This document shows, one piece after another, positions 42,701 through 53,700 of a stretch of 64,000 bases of DNA. Where the stretch lies: IMG/VR virus record IMGVR_UViG_3300009152_000041, positions 1,901 to 65,900 of that record, one strand, 5' to 3'. The stretch's first letter is position 1; each line of letters begins with the position of its first letter. Under the pieces are notes generated by a model that ran no database searches, was not told where the DNA came from, and saw only the letters and a program-made list of their open reading frames with translations. This stretch comes from a virus. Both the position numbers and the translations under genes were made by a program.

Positions 42701-45662
42701 TTCAGCTATTTCTTCTTCAGTCATAGTTAGTAGTGATCCACCTTGCCCTGGCTTAAGTCTAGAAACTAGACCTTGATCTAATTCTGTTATATTTAAGAAA
42801 TCTTTATCAGCCAAACCGTAACGACCATTTAACTTAGCTAAAGAAATACTTCTTTTGCCATAATTAAATCCGTTCCTTCCCACCTTCTCCAACTCTAAGC
42901 AAACTAACTATTGCTTTTTCAACCTCTTCTTGCTGCATACCAACTGGCTTATACATATTTGCTGCTTTTGTATTTCCATTAACTAAAGAATTAATATATT
43001 TAATTATTTTTTCTTCGTTACTTAAATTTGCTATTTCCTCAGCGCTGGCTGGATTTGCAACAGTTGAGATTCTACCAAACTTATCCATTGATATTTCTTC
43101 GGATACTGCATCGGTTAGTCTTCTGAATCTGTCGCCCATTAAGTTGTCTGAGCCAAAAGTTCTTCTTATTGTAGCGTCATCTAAAACTGGTGCCATGAGT
43201 GCAAATTCTTGAGGTCCAGTTGGTTGACGCCATGCAAATGAAACTAACCTTCTATTGTTTTCACTATCTGTTACATAATGTAAATTTGTTATAAATTTGT
43301 CGTCCAAGTCAAAACCACCAGCAGATTCATATATACCCAATCCAGCAGCAGAAGCTCTATCTCCAACTATCATTTTATGTCCGCCTTCACCAGCAAATCT
43401 ATATCTAAACATATCTAACTCTTGCCCACCCTTTAAAGATATATTTGCTTTTGTAGAAAACTCAGCCCCAGCTTCACCTATTACTGGAGATTGACCAGCT
43501 GTTCCATATCTAAATTCTGTATCAATTGCGCTTCTATTGCTGAATGGTAAACTTGGTAATGATAAACTCTCAGTAACTTCTCTGCCATTAGCGCCTATTG
43601 TGCGATACTGTTTAGCAATGCCTCTGTAATGCTCCCTGGCCGATATATCTACTATTTGGTTTGCTAATTCAGGAATGTTTCTTGGATTTTCTCCACTTAA
43701 TAATCTGGACTGCAATTGCAGTGCGTTGTCTCTATATCTTGCTGCATTAGAATATGATTTAAAATGAAGATTTTCCCAATCATCAACATTTATAGATGCC
43801 GCTCTGTCTATACTTCTTTTAACTCTAGATGTTATAGTTCCACTAGTTTTAAATTGTTCTAAATCAGATTCAAGGAATTGTCTAGTTTTTCTTACTTCTT
43901 TTGCTAATTGAGATCCATAAACTTCACGATGGAATATTAAACCTTGTAAGTCGGCAACGACTGCTTCATTAGGGCGACCAGAAAACATAGACATTGTTAC
44001 GGCTTGTCCAGCGCCAGGACTTAATCCTTGAGCTGCTGCTCTACCAAGTGTTACTTCACCTTTTAAAAGCTCATTTGAGCCAGCTCCAATATACCCAAGT
44101 TTAGCTAAAGCTCTAGTTACGTCTGTATCCATTATATCCGCTACTGCTTTTGCTTGACCTATATCTCCTTCCATTAACACTCTCAAAGTTTGATCATCTA
44201 AAGATTTTATTTTTCCAGATGGATCAACAAATTGAGATAGTTGTTTTTTCCATTCTGTAACGCTAGCTTTTAATTTTTGCGCAGATGCTGGATCAAGACT
44301 AGACATTCTTTCTGGCAGCAGCTGCGCTTGAGCGTTGTCTATTTTTGCTGTTAATTCTTCTGCGTGGTGTCTAAAGAAATCAACGCCCATTACTGACGAA
44401 CCGTCTGTTATTCTTTTCATTTCATCAAATGAAGTTGCCATTCTTCGATATACAGCTCTATCTGCATCTGATAGTGTAGTGTCTTTAGCTTTTTCTGAAA
44501 TTAAACTAGTTAAGTCTTTAAGCCTAAATGGATTTCCTTCTGTTCTAGACTTTTCAAATGATTGTCTAACTAATTGACCAAACTTTTCATAATTTTCCTC
44601 ACCACCCATGTAGGCTTTCAATGTTCCAGATAGATAATCTTGGGACAATGAACCCATTATTATATTAGTACCTTGGCGCTGTCTTTGCATTGCTAATCGT
44701 TCAACTGGATCACTTATTGATTTCAATAAACTATCCGTGTATTCTGATTCTAAGCCAAATCCTTTTAGGACTGTTTCTAGTCTACCATCATAGGTTAACC
44801 AACTTTGACTCAATGTCATTGGAGAAGCTCCAGCAAACTCCTCTGTCATCTCTGTACCTATTCTATTCAAAATTGTATCAACATCATCTTGACCAACTAC
44901 AAAGTTTCTACCACTAGTAGATGCTGTTATTCTTTTATCTGATTTTTGAAAAAATGATCCAACTTTAAATTCTGCTGGAGTATCAAGATCTGGATCAAAG
45001 GCTTTTACTATTGCTGATGGATTAAAGAATCCAGCTTTATATCTATTGGTTAAAGATATAGCCTCTTCGCCAGTTAAGTACGCATACTTACCAGGTTCAG
45101 TCTCATACCTAAAACTAAGCATTGTTGCGCTTCCGTCTCTTACTGAAACTAATCCTGGTGCTAAATCGTTTTCCCCTACTTTGTGCCCCATTAGTGCAGC
45201 AATATTATCAAATGCTCCACGAGTACTTTCGTCTACTCCAGAAAAATTAAATTTGACCATTTCCAATTGCTTACCAGCTGGTATAAAATCAAGATCACTA
45301 CTTCTAGTTCCTGATAGCCCAAAGTTAATATTAGAAATCATTTCACTAAGAACTTTATTTTCTTCTAAAGCTGGAAAATCTATTCCTGGAATACCAGTAA
45401 ATACTGCCATTTCTTCTGCTCGCGTAGCTCTTATATTAGATAGCGCTTCTCTTACTGTAGATCCAGCGACCTCTCCAGTAATGCTAGAAAGTAGCTCATT
45501 GCCTGGACCTAATCTAGCAAGACCTTTTTGTACTACATCTGAGCTTTCTAATAACGCTCGCGATAAATGTCTACTCTCTTTTCCAACAAATGACATTGGA
45601 TTTGCCCTATAAGGACCATAAGCCAAATCTCTAAGTCTTTGATAGTCTGAAACTTTAGCCAT
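39742..45662 (-). CDS. Giant Ala-rich coiled-coil-like internal/tape-measure-like protein, proposed ~1972-aa product from ORFs 42864..45662 and 39797..42892 with two +1 shifts (CGG_A at 42872 and 39838)
   Basis: The 932-aa ORF ends ...AAG GAA CGG ATT TAA. The +1 frame GGA TTT AAT TAT GGC AAA... equals residues GFNYGK of the 1031-aa ORF, whose listed start is an overlapping TTG. A second in-frame CGG (GCT CGG ATT) lies 12 codons before the 1031-aa stop, and its +1 frame adds 31 aa ending at TAA 39744-39742. C-terminal TM-like segment KIAGVAALATGLAVYG. Confidence 0.6.
39835..39838 (-). other. Candidate +1 recoding site GCT CGG A (C-terminal extension)
   Basis: In-frame CGG, codon 1019 of the 1031-aa ORF. 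The alternative C-termini are ISNKWECPRYYA (0 frame) and GLVTNGNVQGTMHNSLPSLGRNPYDDIAGSF (+1). Confidence 0.4.
42869..42872 (-). other. Candidate +1 recoding site GAA CGG A
   Basis: In-frame CGG, codon 931 of 932, one codon before TAA. The +1 frame is the 1031-aa ORF. Confidence 0.65.
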
Positions 45663-48600
45663 TATCTAACTCCAGCCATAATATTTACAGAACCAGGATT
45701 AGTGTTATTCATAGTTGGAGATATGTTTCCATTTATTCCCATATCAAACATAAGTCTTTGTAATTTAGATCTAACATCTTCTGCAGAAGAATTACTTTGC
45801 CCAAACTTTGGGTAACTAGGATTAACCAAGTTTGCTTCTTTTACTTGTTGTGGGAAGAAACCCATTTGTGACATTTCAAGACCCATTGACTGACCCATTT
45901 TTATCTTTACGTGTTCCATATTTGTATTTGGATGCCATATTTCAGAACCAGCAGCAGGTAGTTCATGCCTAGTGAAGTAATTAACCAAATCTGGTTTTCT
46001 CTCTACCGGCATACCCCAAGCGGCTTCGTAAATTCTTCTTTCTAATCTTCCAGCAGTAGAAAGTATCCTTCCTCTTTCTTCTTCTGGAGCTTCGATCATT
46101 GCTTTAAAGTGATCTCTTTTTCTTTTAGGAATTGATGCTGCTAATTGGCTAATTGATTTACTGTCTAAATCTGCTCCATACATTGTTCTTTTACTTGCAG
46201 CCATAAACTGTTTAGCAGATTCTATGTCGCCAATTCTTTCAGCTCTTGATGCGGCTGTTCTGTTTTTAACATAAGTTAAAATATCTGTATATTCTTCGAG
46301 TGCTAATTCTTTCTTTCTTTGTAAAGGTATGAATCTTTCTCTTTGACCACTAGGACCTATTGGTCTGGTTTGCTCTTTTGCTTTTCTAAAAGCAGAATAA
46401 CCACCTACTGTAGTTGCACCGAATGCAGCTAAGCCCTTTATCATTCTTCTAGAGTTACCAAAAGCTCCAAAGGCTATAGCTCCAACACCAGCAGCTATAA
46501 GAGGATTTCTTTGTGTACCTTTTGCATAAATTGGTTTAATAAAGCTTTCAACTGGTCTTTGCCATTCCGGAAATGTGGAACCATAAACGTTTCTTCTTTC
46601 CCAATCTTCGGTAGCGGTTCTTTCTCCAAAAAATTTATTATTAATAAAGTTGTCAGTGTGTCTAAGTTTATTGGTTATAGTTGAAAAAGGATTTAAAACT
46701 TTTTTAGCAGTGGAGGAATTGTCGTAGGGACTAAAGCCAGTCTTACTATCTTCTATTGCATTTAATTGGGCTCTAATCTTACCAACTTTAGCTATCTCTT
46801 GTTCCGAGAGACCTATTTTATCTATACTTCTATTAAGGGCTCTAAACTCTTTTGAATATGGCGCGACATCAGCCAATATATCTAATTGATTAACTGCACC
46901 ATATCTTCCATTTTTATCAGAATATAATTTATTAAATCTTTCATAGCCAACACCAGGTAACCTTAGTTCACCTTCTTTTACTTTTGTAAAAGGATCACCT
47001 GTAGTAAAGTCTATAAAGTTATCATTTCCTGGAAGGAATGTATTTTCTCTTCCCATCCTATTTTTAATAGGGTTAATAAAATTAACATTTGTTCTTTCTT
47101 TTGGAACAAATCTTCTTACAACTTCAGATATTTCTATATTACCTAACGCGCCATCAGACTGAAGAGGTAAGTCACCTAAACCTCCAATGTTAAGATCCCA
47201 GAAAGCTCTAGTTGAACCATAAGCTTTGGAGGCTGATTGAAGTACTGATTTATTTGGTTCAAAGTCATACTCTCCAAGACCTAAACCTTTTCTAATATTA
47301 CCAGCTGCAAAACCATAGATACCAAGAGTTTCCTGAAGTCTATATCCAGCTTCACCGCCTAAATATTTTCCACTAGTAGTTCTAATAGGCAACCCAGCGT
47401 TGACAATCTTTGCTGGCATTATTCCAGGTCCAGCTGGAGGACCATATACTATACCCTGGCCGTTGATTGCTGATTGATTCATACTGCTAGCAGCAGCTCT
47501 TACCATACCCGCTGCTGTATTGGTTGAACCAGATTGTTGAGAAAGATTACGATTTGAATTAGCTATTAAACCATTTCCGCCACTAACACTTGCTATGTTA
47601 GATGGTATTGGCCCTGGCATTGCGTTGACTGGGGAAATAAACTTTAATGGTTTCCCACCAAACTTACTTGGTTGAACTGCTGCGTAACTTATATTTGGAT
47701 CTTGATTTCCAACAACGCCAGTATAACCCCTTTGTTCTTGCGGCATGTAAGCTCCACCGGCTCCAACAGGTGAATAAGAAGCTAGTCCAGCAAGAACTTC
47801 TTGTTCATGCATTCTCTTTTGCGGTTTAAGTATTTTACCTACAGTAGCGTTAAGTATTGGTACAGCTATACCAAATGGACCAGAAAAATATTCTCCAGTT
47901 ATTGGATATGGCCTATCTTCGTAATGTTTTCTTTCAAATCTATATGGATCAATTGGCCTTAGTGGAGAAAAGTCATTATAGAACATCAACTTTTCCATTG
48001 GACTTCCGTAAGTGTCGGAAGTGAACATTGCTCCACCCTGGAACCTTCTATACCAAGAAGGTCTAAAGTACTCTATTTTTCCACCTTCAAATTTTGTTGT
48101 GCCTAAAGACCAGAATCTACCTTTTCTTATAGCTACTTCTCCATGAAGCATCTGCTCTTTCTTTTGGCGATACGTCATTCCACCTGGAGTTAAACCAGCT
48201 AATGCAGATTGAGCTTCTACACCAGCTCTAGCTACTCCTCCAAGCAACATTGGAGAATATACTCTTTCACCTCTGTCGTCTTTCTTATTAGCGTAACCAC
48301 CAGCTGTTCTATCTACAGCTAAAACTGTTGCTCCAATTGCTACAGCTGGAAGAACTCTTTCAGCGTTCATTCCTCTCATGTATAAATCTAATGGACCATA
48401 AAAATGGTCTGCGTCTAATTTTGCGCCAACTGAACCAAAGAATTTATTTAATCTATTAAAACCATGAGAAACTGGAACCGAAGCTAAAGAAAAACCTTTT
48501 TCATTTCCATAAGTATGCACACCAGATGCGCTTAAGAATGCCGCTTTTCTTCCACCTTCTCTTTCTGCTGCGGTTGAAAAAGTTGGTATATAACTAAAGC

Positions 48601-51600
48601 CTGCATCTTTTTGACCAGAAAATGCAGATACTTTTGCTTCTGGAACGTACTTGCCCATTCCAAAGTTTTTCTTAAAATAAGGATGAATTTTGCCTAATGG
48701 GTTTAAAGAACTTGTGGAAGCACTTACTGAAGTTCCAGAAGTAAATGGATCTAATGAAGATGAAACTGTTCCATGGTTTAATATTTCTCTAGATCTTAAA
48801 AATCTCTCTAACGGATTTCCTATTACTCCGTTCTTAACCCCTCTTCCAAATTGATAAGTTTCAAAAGCTCCTAAGTTAAATATATTTCCAGCAACTGCAG
48901 CTTGTGCTTCTGCCTTTTCTGAACTTGATATTACTCCCTTAGAAACTAAATCATCAATTGCGCCAATTACTTCTTGTATCGTTGACGCGCTGTCTGGCGC
49001 GTTGAGACCGTGTCTTTGTGTAAGATATCTTATAACTTCAGATCTATATTCATCAGCTCTAGAAACAATACTTGATGAATGTTCGAACATTTGAGATTGA
49101 GCAGAAAAGTCATTTATGCCTTCAAATTTTCTTAATCTACTAAATGCTTTTCTAGTACTCTTGTATGCTTCTTGTGCTTGTTTGTCGTGTCCAGCGGCTT
49201 TAAATAGATTTTCTAGATCTTTTTCAAACATCTTATTAACGCTGCGCACACCGACTACATCACTAACGCCCATAATTGCACTATTTAGATCTGCACTATT
49301 TAAAGAAGTGGCTTTTCCTAGTGCACTATTGTCTAATAAGTGTTGTGCAACTTTTCTACTTGTTCCAAAGTTTGTTGTAGTGTTAGCAAATCTAGTAAAT
49401 GATTCCATTAATTGACTATGATTTGCTATTAGTTTATCTGTTTCGTGATCAAATAAACTAAATGCTTCTGTTTTAGCATCCTGTCTGAGAACTAATTTTT
49501 TAGATTTACCAACTCCGCCAATCGTAAATGGTGTATCTAATTCACTCTTTAATAAACCGCCCATCACGGCTTCGTTATTTATATCAGCTTGTCTATTTAC
49601 TAACCTGCCAAAAAATCTAAATAAAGAATTTTCTTGTTCGGTATCGTAATCTAATCTTTCTTTTACTTTGCCTAAAAATCCTGTTGCCGTACGTGATTGT
49701 GTAACTCTTTTTCCAGCTGCTAGTTCAGCTGTAGTTGCAATCATTCCAGAAGAATTTACTGGAAGTGGTCTATAAGACCCTGCCATTGCTTGTGCTGTAA
49801 CGGGACCTTCAGCTGTAGCAGTGTGTGCAAAAAGTTTTCCTTTTGTTCCTAAAAATCCCCCAGTGCTATGCCAAGTGTAGAAGTCAGCTTCAGCTCCATC
49901 TAAGAATGGATGCATTGCCCTACCTGGTGTTAGCTGAAAACTTCCAGCTTTAGACATTCCAATGAAGTCTTTGAGACCAAACATCTGCAATGGGTTTACG
50001 TTAATTACTGGAATTTTTGTTTCAGTTCCAATAACTTCTAAAGCTTTTCTAGCTCCAGTTTTAATTGGGTTAAAGTTTACTGTAGTTCCACCAATGTTAA
50101 AATAGCCTCTAACATCACTTAATGTTTGGCCGTGTCTTTCAAGAGCACCTATTCCAAGCGTTCTAACTAATTCTGCTTTTTTTCCAACTATTAGATTTTG
50201 AGTTGCAGTAGATGAACCAGCGCCTTTTCCTAAAACGCTAGTTAATCTTCCATGAATTTTTTCTTCTTGATCTAAGAAACTATCAAGCTTTAACCCAGAA
50301 AGACCAAAGAATCCCGCTATGCCAGAACTAGATGTTTCTTTCATTGCGTTATTATTTATTAAGTAAGCTCTTAATTGCGCTGGATTATTAGGATCTATTC
50401 CTCTTAATCTTAGTTCGTTAAATATACTTTCTTGAGTACCATTGGTGTTGATTCCTAAAATATTTGCTGCGCGTGTTGTCAAAGTTCTTTGCGCTTGAGC
50501 CCCATTGTTTTCTGTAAAAGATTTATTTAAAAAATCTCCTCTAAATAATTTTGCTGGTGACAACACTGATGTAGAAGCAGCGTCTTGAAAAGCGCCTCCA
50601 ATAGAGTTTCTATAAGCATCGATTGCTAAATCATCTGCGCCAAGCAAAGGATTCTGCATAAACAATTGATCGACCGATCCAATTGATCCAGATAATTGAT
50701 CTCCAGTTATTGATATGTTACGTCCAGAAGCAACTTTGCTTGAGTTAAACCTATCTATAATGTCTTGAAAAAATGTTTCACCATTTTGCAATCTTTCGCT
50801 ACCAGCAATAGAAATTCTGTTAACTGGAGCAACTGGTAAATAATTACCATTAAGGTCGGTCTTTACGGCTCTTTCGGATATATCTAAATTATTTGTAAAG
50901 AATTTTGCCGCCTTCTTATCCATCCCATGGTCTGTAACTAAAGATTGAGTTAATCTATCTTTATACTCTTTTTGATGAAGTAGGTAAGAAATATTTTCTT
51001 TACTTGTTTGTTTATTATATTGTTGAACTAAATTAGATAGTGGTGAAGTTCTTCTAAGTTGAATCTTGTCTATTGATGATCTTATTATTTCGTTTACTGG
51101 TTGGTCAGAAGAATTAACACCTAGTTTATTTACCCTTCTAATATCATCTTTGATTACATTGAATCTTGAGTTTAGATTGTTTGTATCAATAATTTCTTGT
51201 GCGTAACCTAAGTTTTTATATTCTTTATAACCTTGTATTAAACCTTGCCTTACGGCTTTATAACCAGGTATAAGTTCAAGTAAATCTCGATTTTGAGTAA
51301 TGCCTACATTGTTCTTATTGTAAATGTCTCTAGCTAAATTTGTTCCAGTTTTTAACCTAGAAGATACTGTTGCTGGTGCGGTTACAGCTCCATGTCTTTG
51401 TCTGTACAAAGTTCCAACTGGATTATTATCAGTTCCACTTGCCCCTAAGAATGCGGATGCTAAAGCACCTGAAGATCTTTCTCCAAATTTAACACTCTTA
51501 TCAAATACAGAAGCTAAATCATGACCAACTTCTTGAAGGGCACCTTGTAGGTTTAATCCTCTTCTAAATATTTGTTCTTTAAAATTACCTACAGTTTGTG

Positions 51601-52446
51601 CTGCTCCGCGTTCAACTTGATCTTGTATTCTTTGTTCTGCGGTTTTAAAGAAATTTATTGAACTACCTTTTGCTGCGCCTGCTGCAGCAGCAGGTAGCAT
51701 AAAGCCACCCATTTGAAATAGTGTTGTTTTAGCTAAGTCTTTGGCTAGGTCTATTCCCCTAGTTGGGTCATACCATTTCTTTTTTGGGCCACCATCTTCC
51801 TCTGCGCCACCAAATAAAGGCTTAGTTATAAATTTATCTGCTGCGTAAAAAGCTGGAACTTCATAAGGAAGTCTTCTAGCCTGTCTAACTAACCTTTGCT
51901 GGAAATCATCACGCCATGCCCACTTGCCTACTTTAGATAAACTACCTCTGCTTACAACAGAATCAATGCCCTCTCTCTCAAAAGAATACCCTGCATTGAC
52001 TACGCTTTTTGCGCCGTCGTAACCAGTTTCATACATGCCTTTTACGGATGTACCATTTACAACTGATTCAAATACTAAACTCTTTCTTCCAGCTGCACTT
52101 CTAGATACACCTTCTAGCTCATCTAGAATGGACCTCATCTTTAAGAGTCCACTGTGTGCTTTTGTTATAGCACTTGTTCTTCCAGCAGCCTCTATTTCCC
52201 CAGCGGCTTGCGTTAACTTATATCCGAAGCTTTAGTCCCTGACCTCTAACTAACTTACCTGCAACTGTTGCAGCAACTCCTGTTGCAACTAGGGCAGCGC
52301 CCATCTTTAGCATTGGGTTGCCATCTAGAGCTCTTGATACAAAACCAGAGTCTGGGCTTAAACCATTTTCTTGATTTTGTCCGACCAAGATCTCGGGAGG
52401 TTACATTGTGACCAATATTGTGAATTGGTCCATTGTCTCTTAACAT
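45662..52446 (-). CDS. Giant tape-measure-like protein (call based on position), proposed ~2260-aa product starting at ATG 52446 with two +1 shifts (CGG_A at 52383 and 52226) into ORF 45662..52138
   Basis: Strong SD AAGGGGGTG plus ATG 52446. The 0 frame reads ...CTT GGT CGG ACA and then becomes a Cys/Arg-rich tail that looks out of frame. The +1 frame reads GQNQENGLSPDSGFVSRALDGNPMLKMGAALVATGVAATVAGKLVRGQGLKL and ends CTT CGG ATA TAA. A further +1 shift gives GYKLTQAAGEIEAAGRTSAITKAHSGLLK followed by MRSILDELEG..., the listed 2158-aa ORF, whose ATG lacks an SD. Several TM-like Gly/Ala segments. It is the first large gene after the chaperone-like pair. Confidence 0.6.
52223..52226 (-). other. 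Candidate +1 recoding site CTT CGG A
   Basis: The frame-overlap window is only about 12 nt (AAG CTT CGG ATA TAA) and it contains CGG_A. Confidence 0.65.
52380..52383 (-). other. Candidate +1 recoding site GGT CGG A
   Basis: In-frame CGG, codon 22 from ATG 52446. The +1 frame encodes a plausible TM helix, whereas the 0 frame gives CPSCNRSCCNSCR-type sequence. Confidence 0.55.
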
Positions 52447-52462
52447 TTTTCACCCCCTTATT

Positions 52463-53096
52463 TTATCTACCCATACCCCAAAGTTTTTGAGCAATGGGGT
52501 CACTATATGTTGCTGATCCCTCTAACTTAGAAGCATTGTGTCTTGCAGCTGATTGAGCTTCTTTTTGTTTTTCTTCTTCAGGATCTATTAAGGTTAGAGT
52601 TACATCCGTAGATTCTATTCCAGCTATAGCCTGTTTAACTTCGATGATCCTTTCAGCTAGTGCAACCCTTTCAGCCAATTGAGAGTAGGTCAAACCGTCT
52701 AAAAACTCTGGAGTATCTGTATGTATAGTAGCTAGAACAAAGGCTTTCATTAAGCCTCTAACTTGATTAGCTATTTTTCTTTTTTCGTCTAAAACCCTTT
52801 TAGCTATACGGGCAGAAGAAAAACCTGAAAAAGTTATAATCTGTTCTGCTAAAGCTGTGATAGCTCCAGGGGGAAATTTATTAAGGTCAAAATCTAACGG
52901 ATAAACTACGGCTGATTTAATAATCTCATCTTCTGCGTCTGCTGAAGATAATTCAGGGTCGTTTTTATATGCAGCAATCTTATCAAATTCAGCAAACGTT
53001 AGTTCTTTAAATACTACTTCAATTCCGTTTAATTTCGGCTTGAAATATTAGACCATGTTTTTGTTTAAGTTCAAACAGTATTCCTGCATCTAACAT
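52463..53096 (-). CDS. Tail assembly chaperone-like protein (paralog of 53098..53646), proposed ~210-aa product with a +1 shift at CGG_A (53027-53024)
   Basis: ATG 53096 sits one nt after the upstream TAA. The 0 frame gives MLDAGILFELKQKHGLIFQAEIK, then CGG AAT TGA. The +1 frame (GGA ATT GAA GTA...) is open for about 187 codons and includes the listed 95-aa ORF. The fused sequence aligns with the paralog across the junction: KQKHGLIFQAEIKGIEVVFKELTFAEF against KKTHGEVYVTSISFDKHIVWRVLTRLEY, and later PPGAITALAEQIITFSGF against MAGLPSLISQEVLEASGF. Confidence 0.6.
53024..53027 (-). other. Candidate +1 recoding site AAA CGG A
   Basis: In-frame CGG, codon 24. The 0-frame TGA is one codon later. 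The +1 frame has no start codon for about 95 codons. Confidence 0.6.
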
Positions 53097-53097
53097 C

Positions 53098-53646
53098 TTA
53101 GAGCTGTCTTACCTCTAGTGCTACGAATCCAGAAGCTTCCAAAACTTCTTGAGAGATCAATGATGGAAGTCCAGCCATTTCTGCAGTAAGGGAATTCTTG
53201 TCATAAGATGGGAAGAGTATACACAGTTCTGCGATTGCTTCTTCGTTCCACATGTTGGCTTCTGCGTTTGACAGCTGACCAGCAGCTACTAATTGCTCCA
53301 TTTTCTTAACAAGTTGCTTGTATTCAAGTCTGGTTAAAACTCTCCAAACAATGTGCTTATCAAAAGAAATGGAAGTTACATAAACTTCTCCATGTGTTTT
53401 CTTCCAAGCCTTAACTGAACCTGCTGTTGGACCGTTATCAAAGATAACTTGATCGTCAGCCAACTCTTCTACAGTTGTAGCTTCAGAAGGGTCTATACCT
53501 GCGTAGGGAACGTCTTCAACGTCTTTAATCACAATATCACCCTCAACTACATTTTCTGTTTCTACAAAAACTTCAGCGCTATCAGCTGAGAACTTTTCAG
53601 CTGCTTCGCCATCTTTTCTAATAACCACTTTTCTATTCTCGGACAT
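53098..53646 (-). CDS. Tail assembly chaperone-like protein (182 aa; assigned by position and by paralogy)
   Basis: AAGGAGAAACA SD plus ATG. Acidic N-terminus. It lies between the tube-family genes and the giant tape-measure-like gene. Confidence 0.45.
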   Translation of the reverse strand: MSENRKVVIRKDGEAAEKFSADSAEVFVETENVVEGDIVIKDVEDVPYAGIDPSEATTVEELADDQVIFDNGPTAGSVKAWKKTHGEVYVTSISFDKHIVWRVLTRLEYKQLVKKMEQLVAAGQLSNAEANMWNEEAIAELCILFPSYDKNSLTAEMAGLPSLISQEVLEASGFVALEVRQL

Positions 53647-53674
53647 TGTTTCTCCTTATATTGTTTCAAGTTAC

Positions 53675-53683
53675 ATTATATCA
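53675..53683 (-). promoter_or_regulatory. Candidate extended -10 promoter TGATATAAT
   Basis: Minus-strand TGATATAAT matches TGnTATAAT and lies 29 nt upstream of ATG 53646 in a 54-nt intergenic spacer. No clear -35 element. Confidence 0.35.
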
Positions 53684-53700
53684 TATCTATATTAAAATTA

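Noticed and set aside
45046-45612. A plus-strand ORF of 188 aa, and all other plus-strand ORFs in the track (for example 8848..9123, 9187..9492, 14604..14885, 33432..33716, 40089..40418, 49116..49415).
   Set aside because: Each lies entirely antisense to a long, well-supported minus-strand ORF. They have Ser/Leu/Pro-rich compositions typical of antisense frames and lack SD sequences and gene-like spacing.
52255-52446. The 63-aa ORF with a Cys-rich tail (CPSCNRSCCNSCR) that could be read as a small zinc-finger protein.
   Set aside because: Only the first 21 codons look genuine. After the in-frame CGG the +1 frame encodes a plausible TM-containing sequence that links to the 2158-aa ORF. The Cys/Arg-rich tail is best explained as an out-of-frame reading.
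53030-53045. A classical slippery +1 site, TTT C (ATA TTT CAA), as the shift site in the chaperone-like gene.
   Set aside because: It lies within the permissible overlap window. However, the CGG_A one codon before the 0-frame stop matches the pattern at the nine other sites, and the 0-frame sequence LIFQAEI aligns better with the paralog's EVYVTSI.
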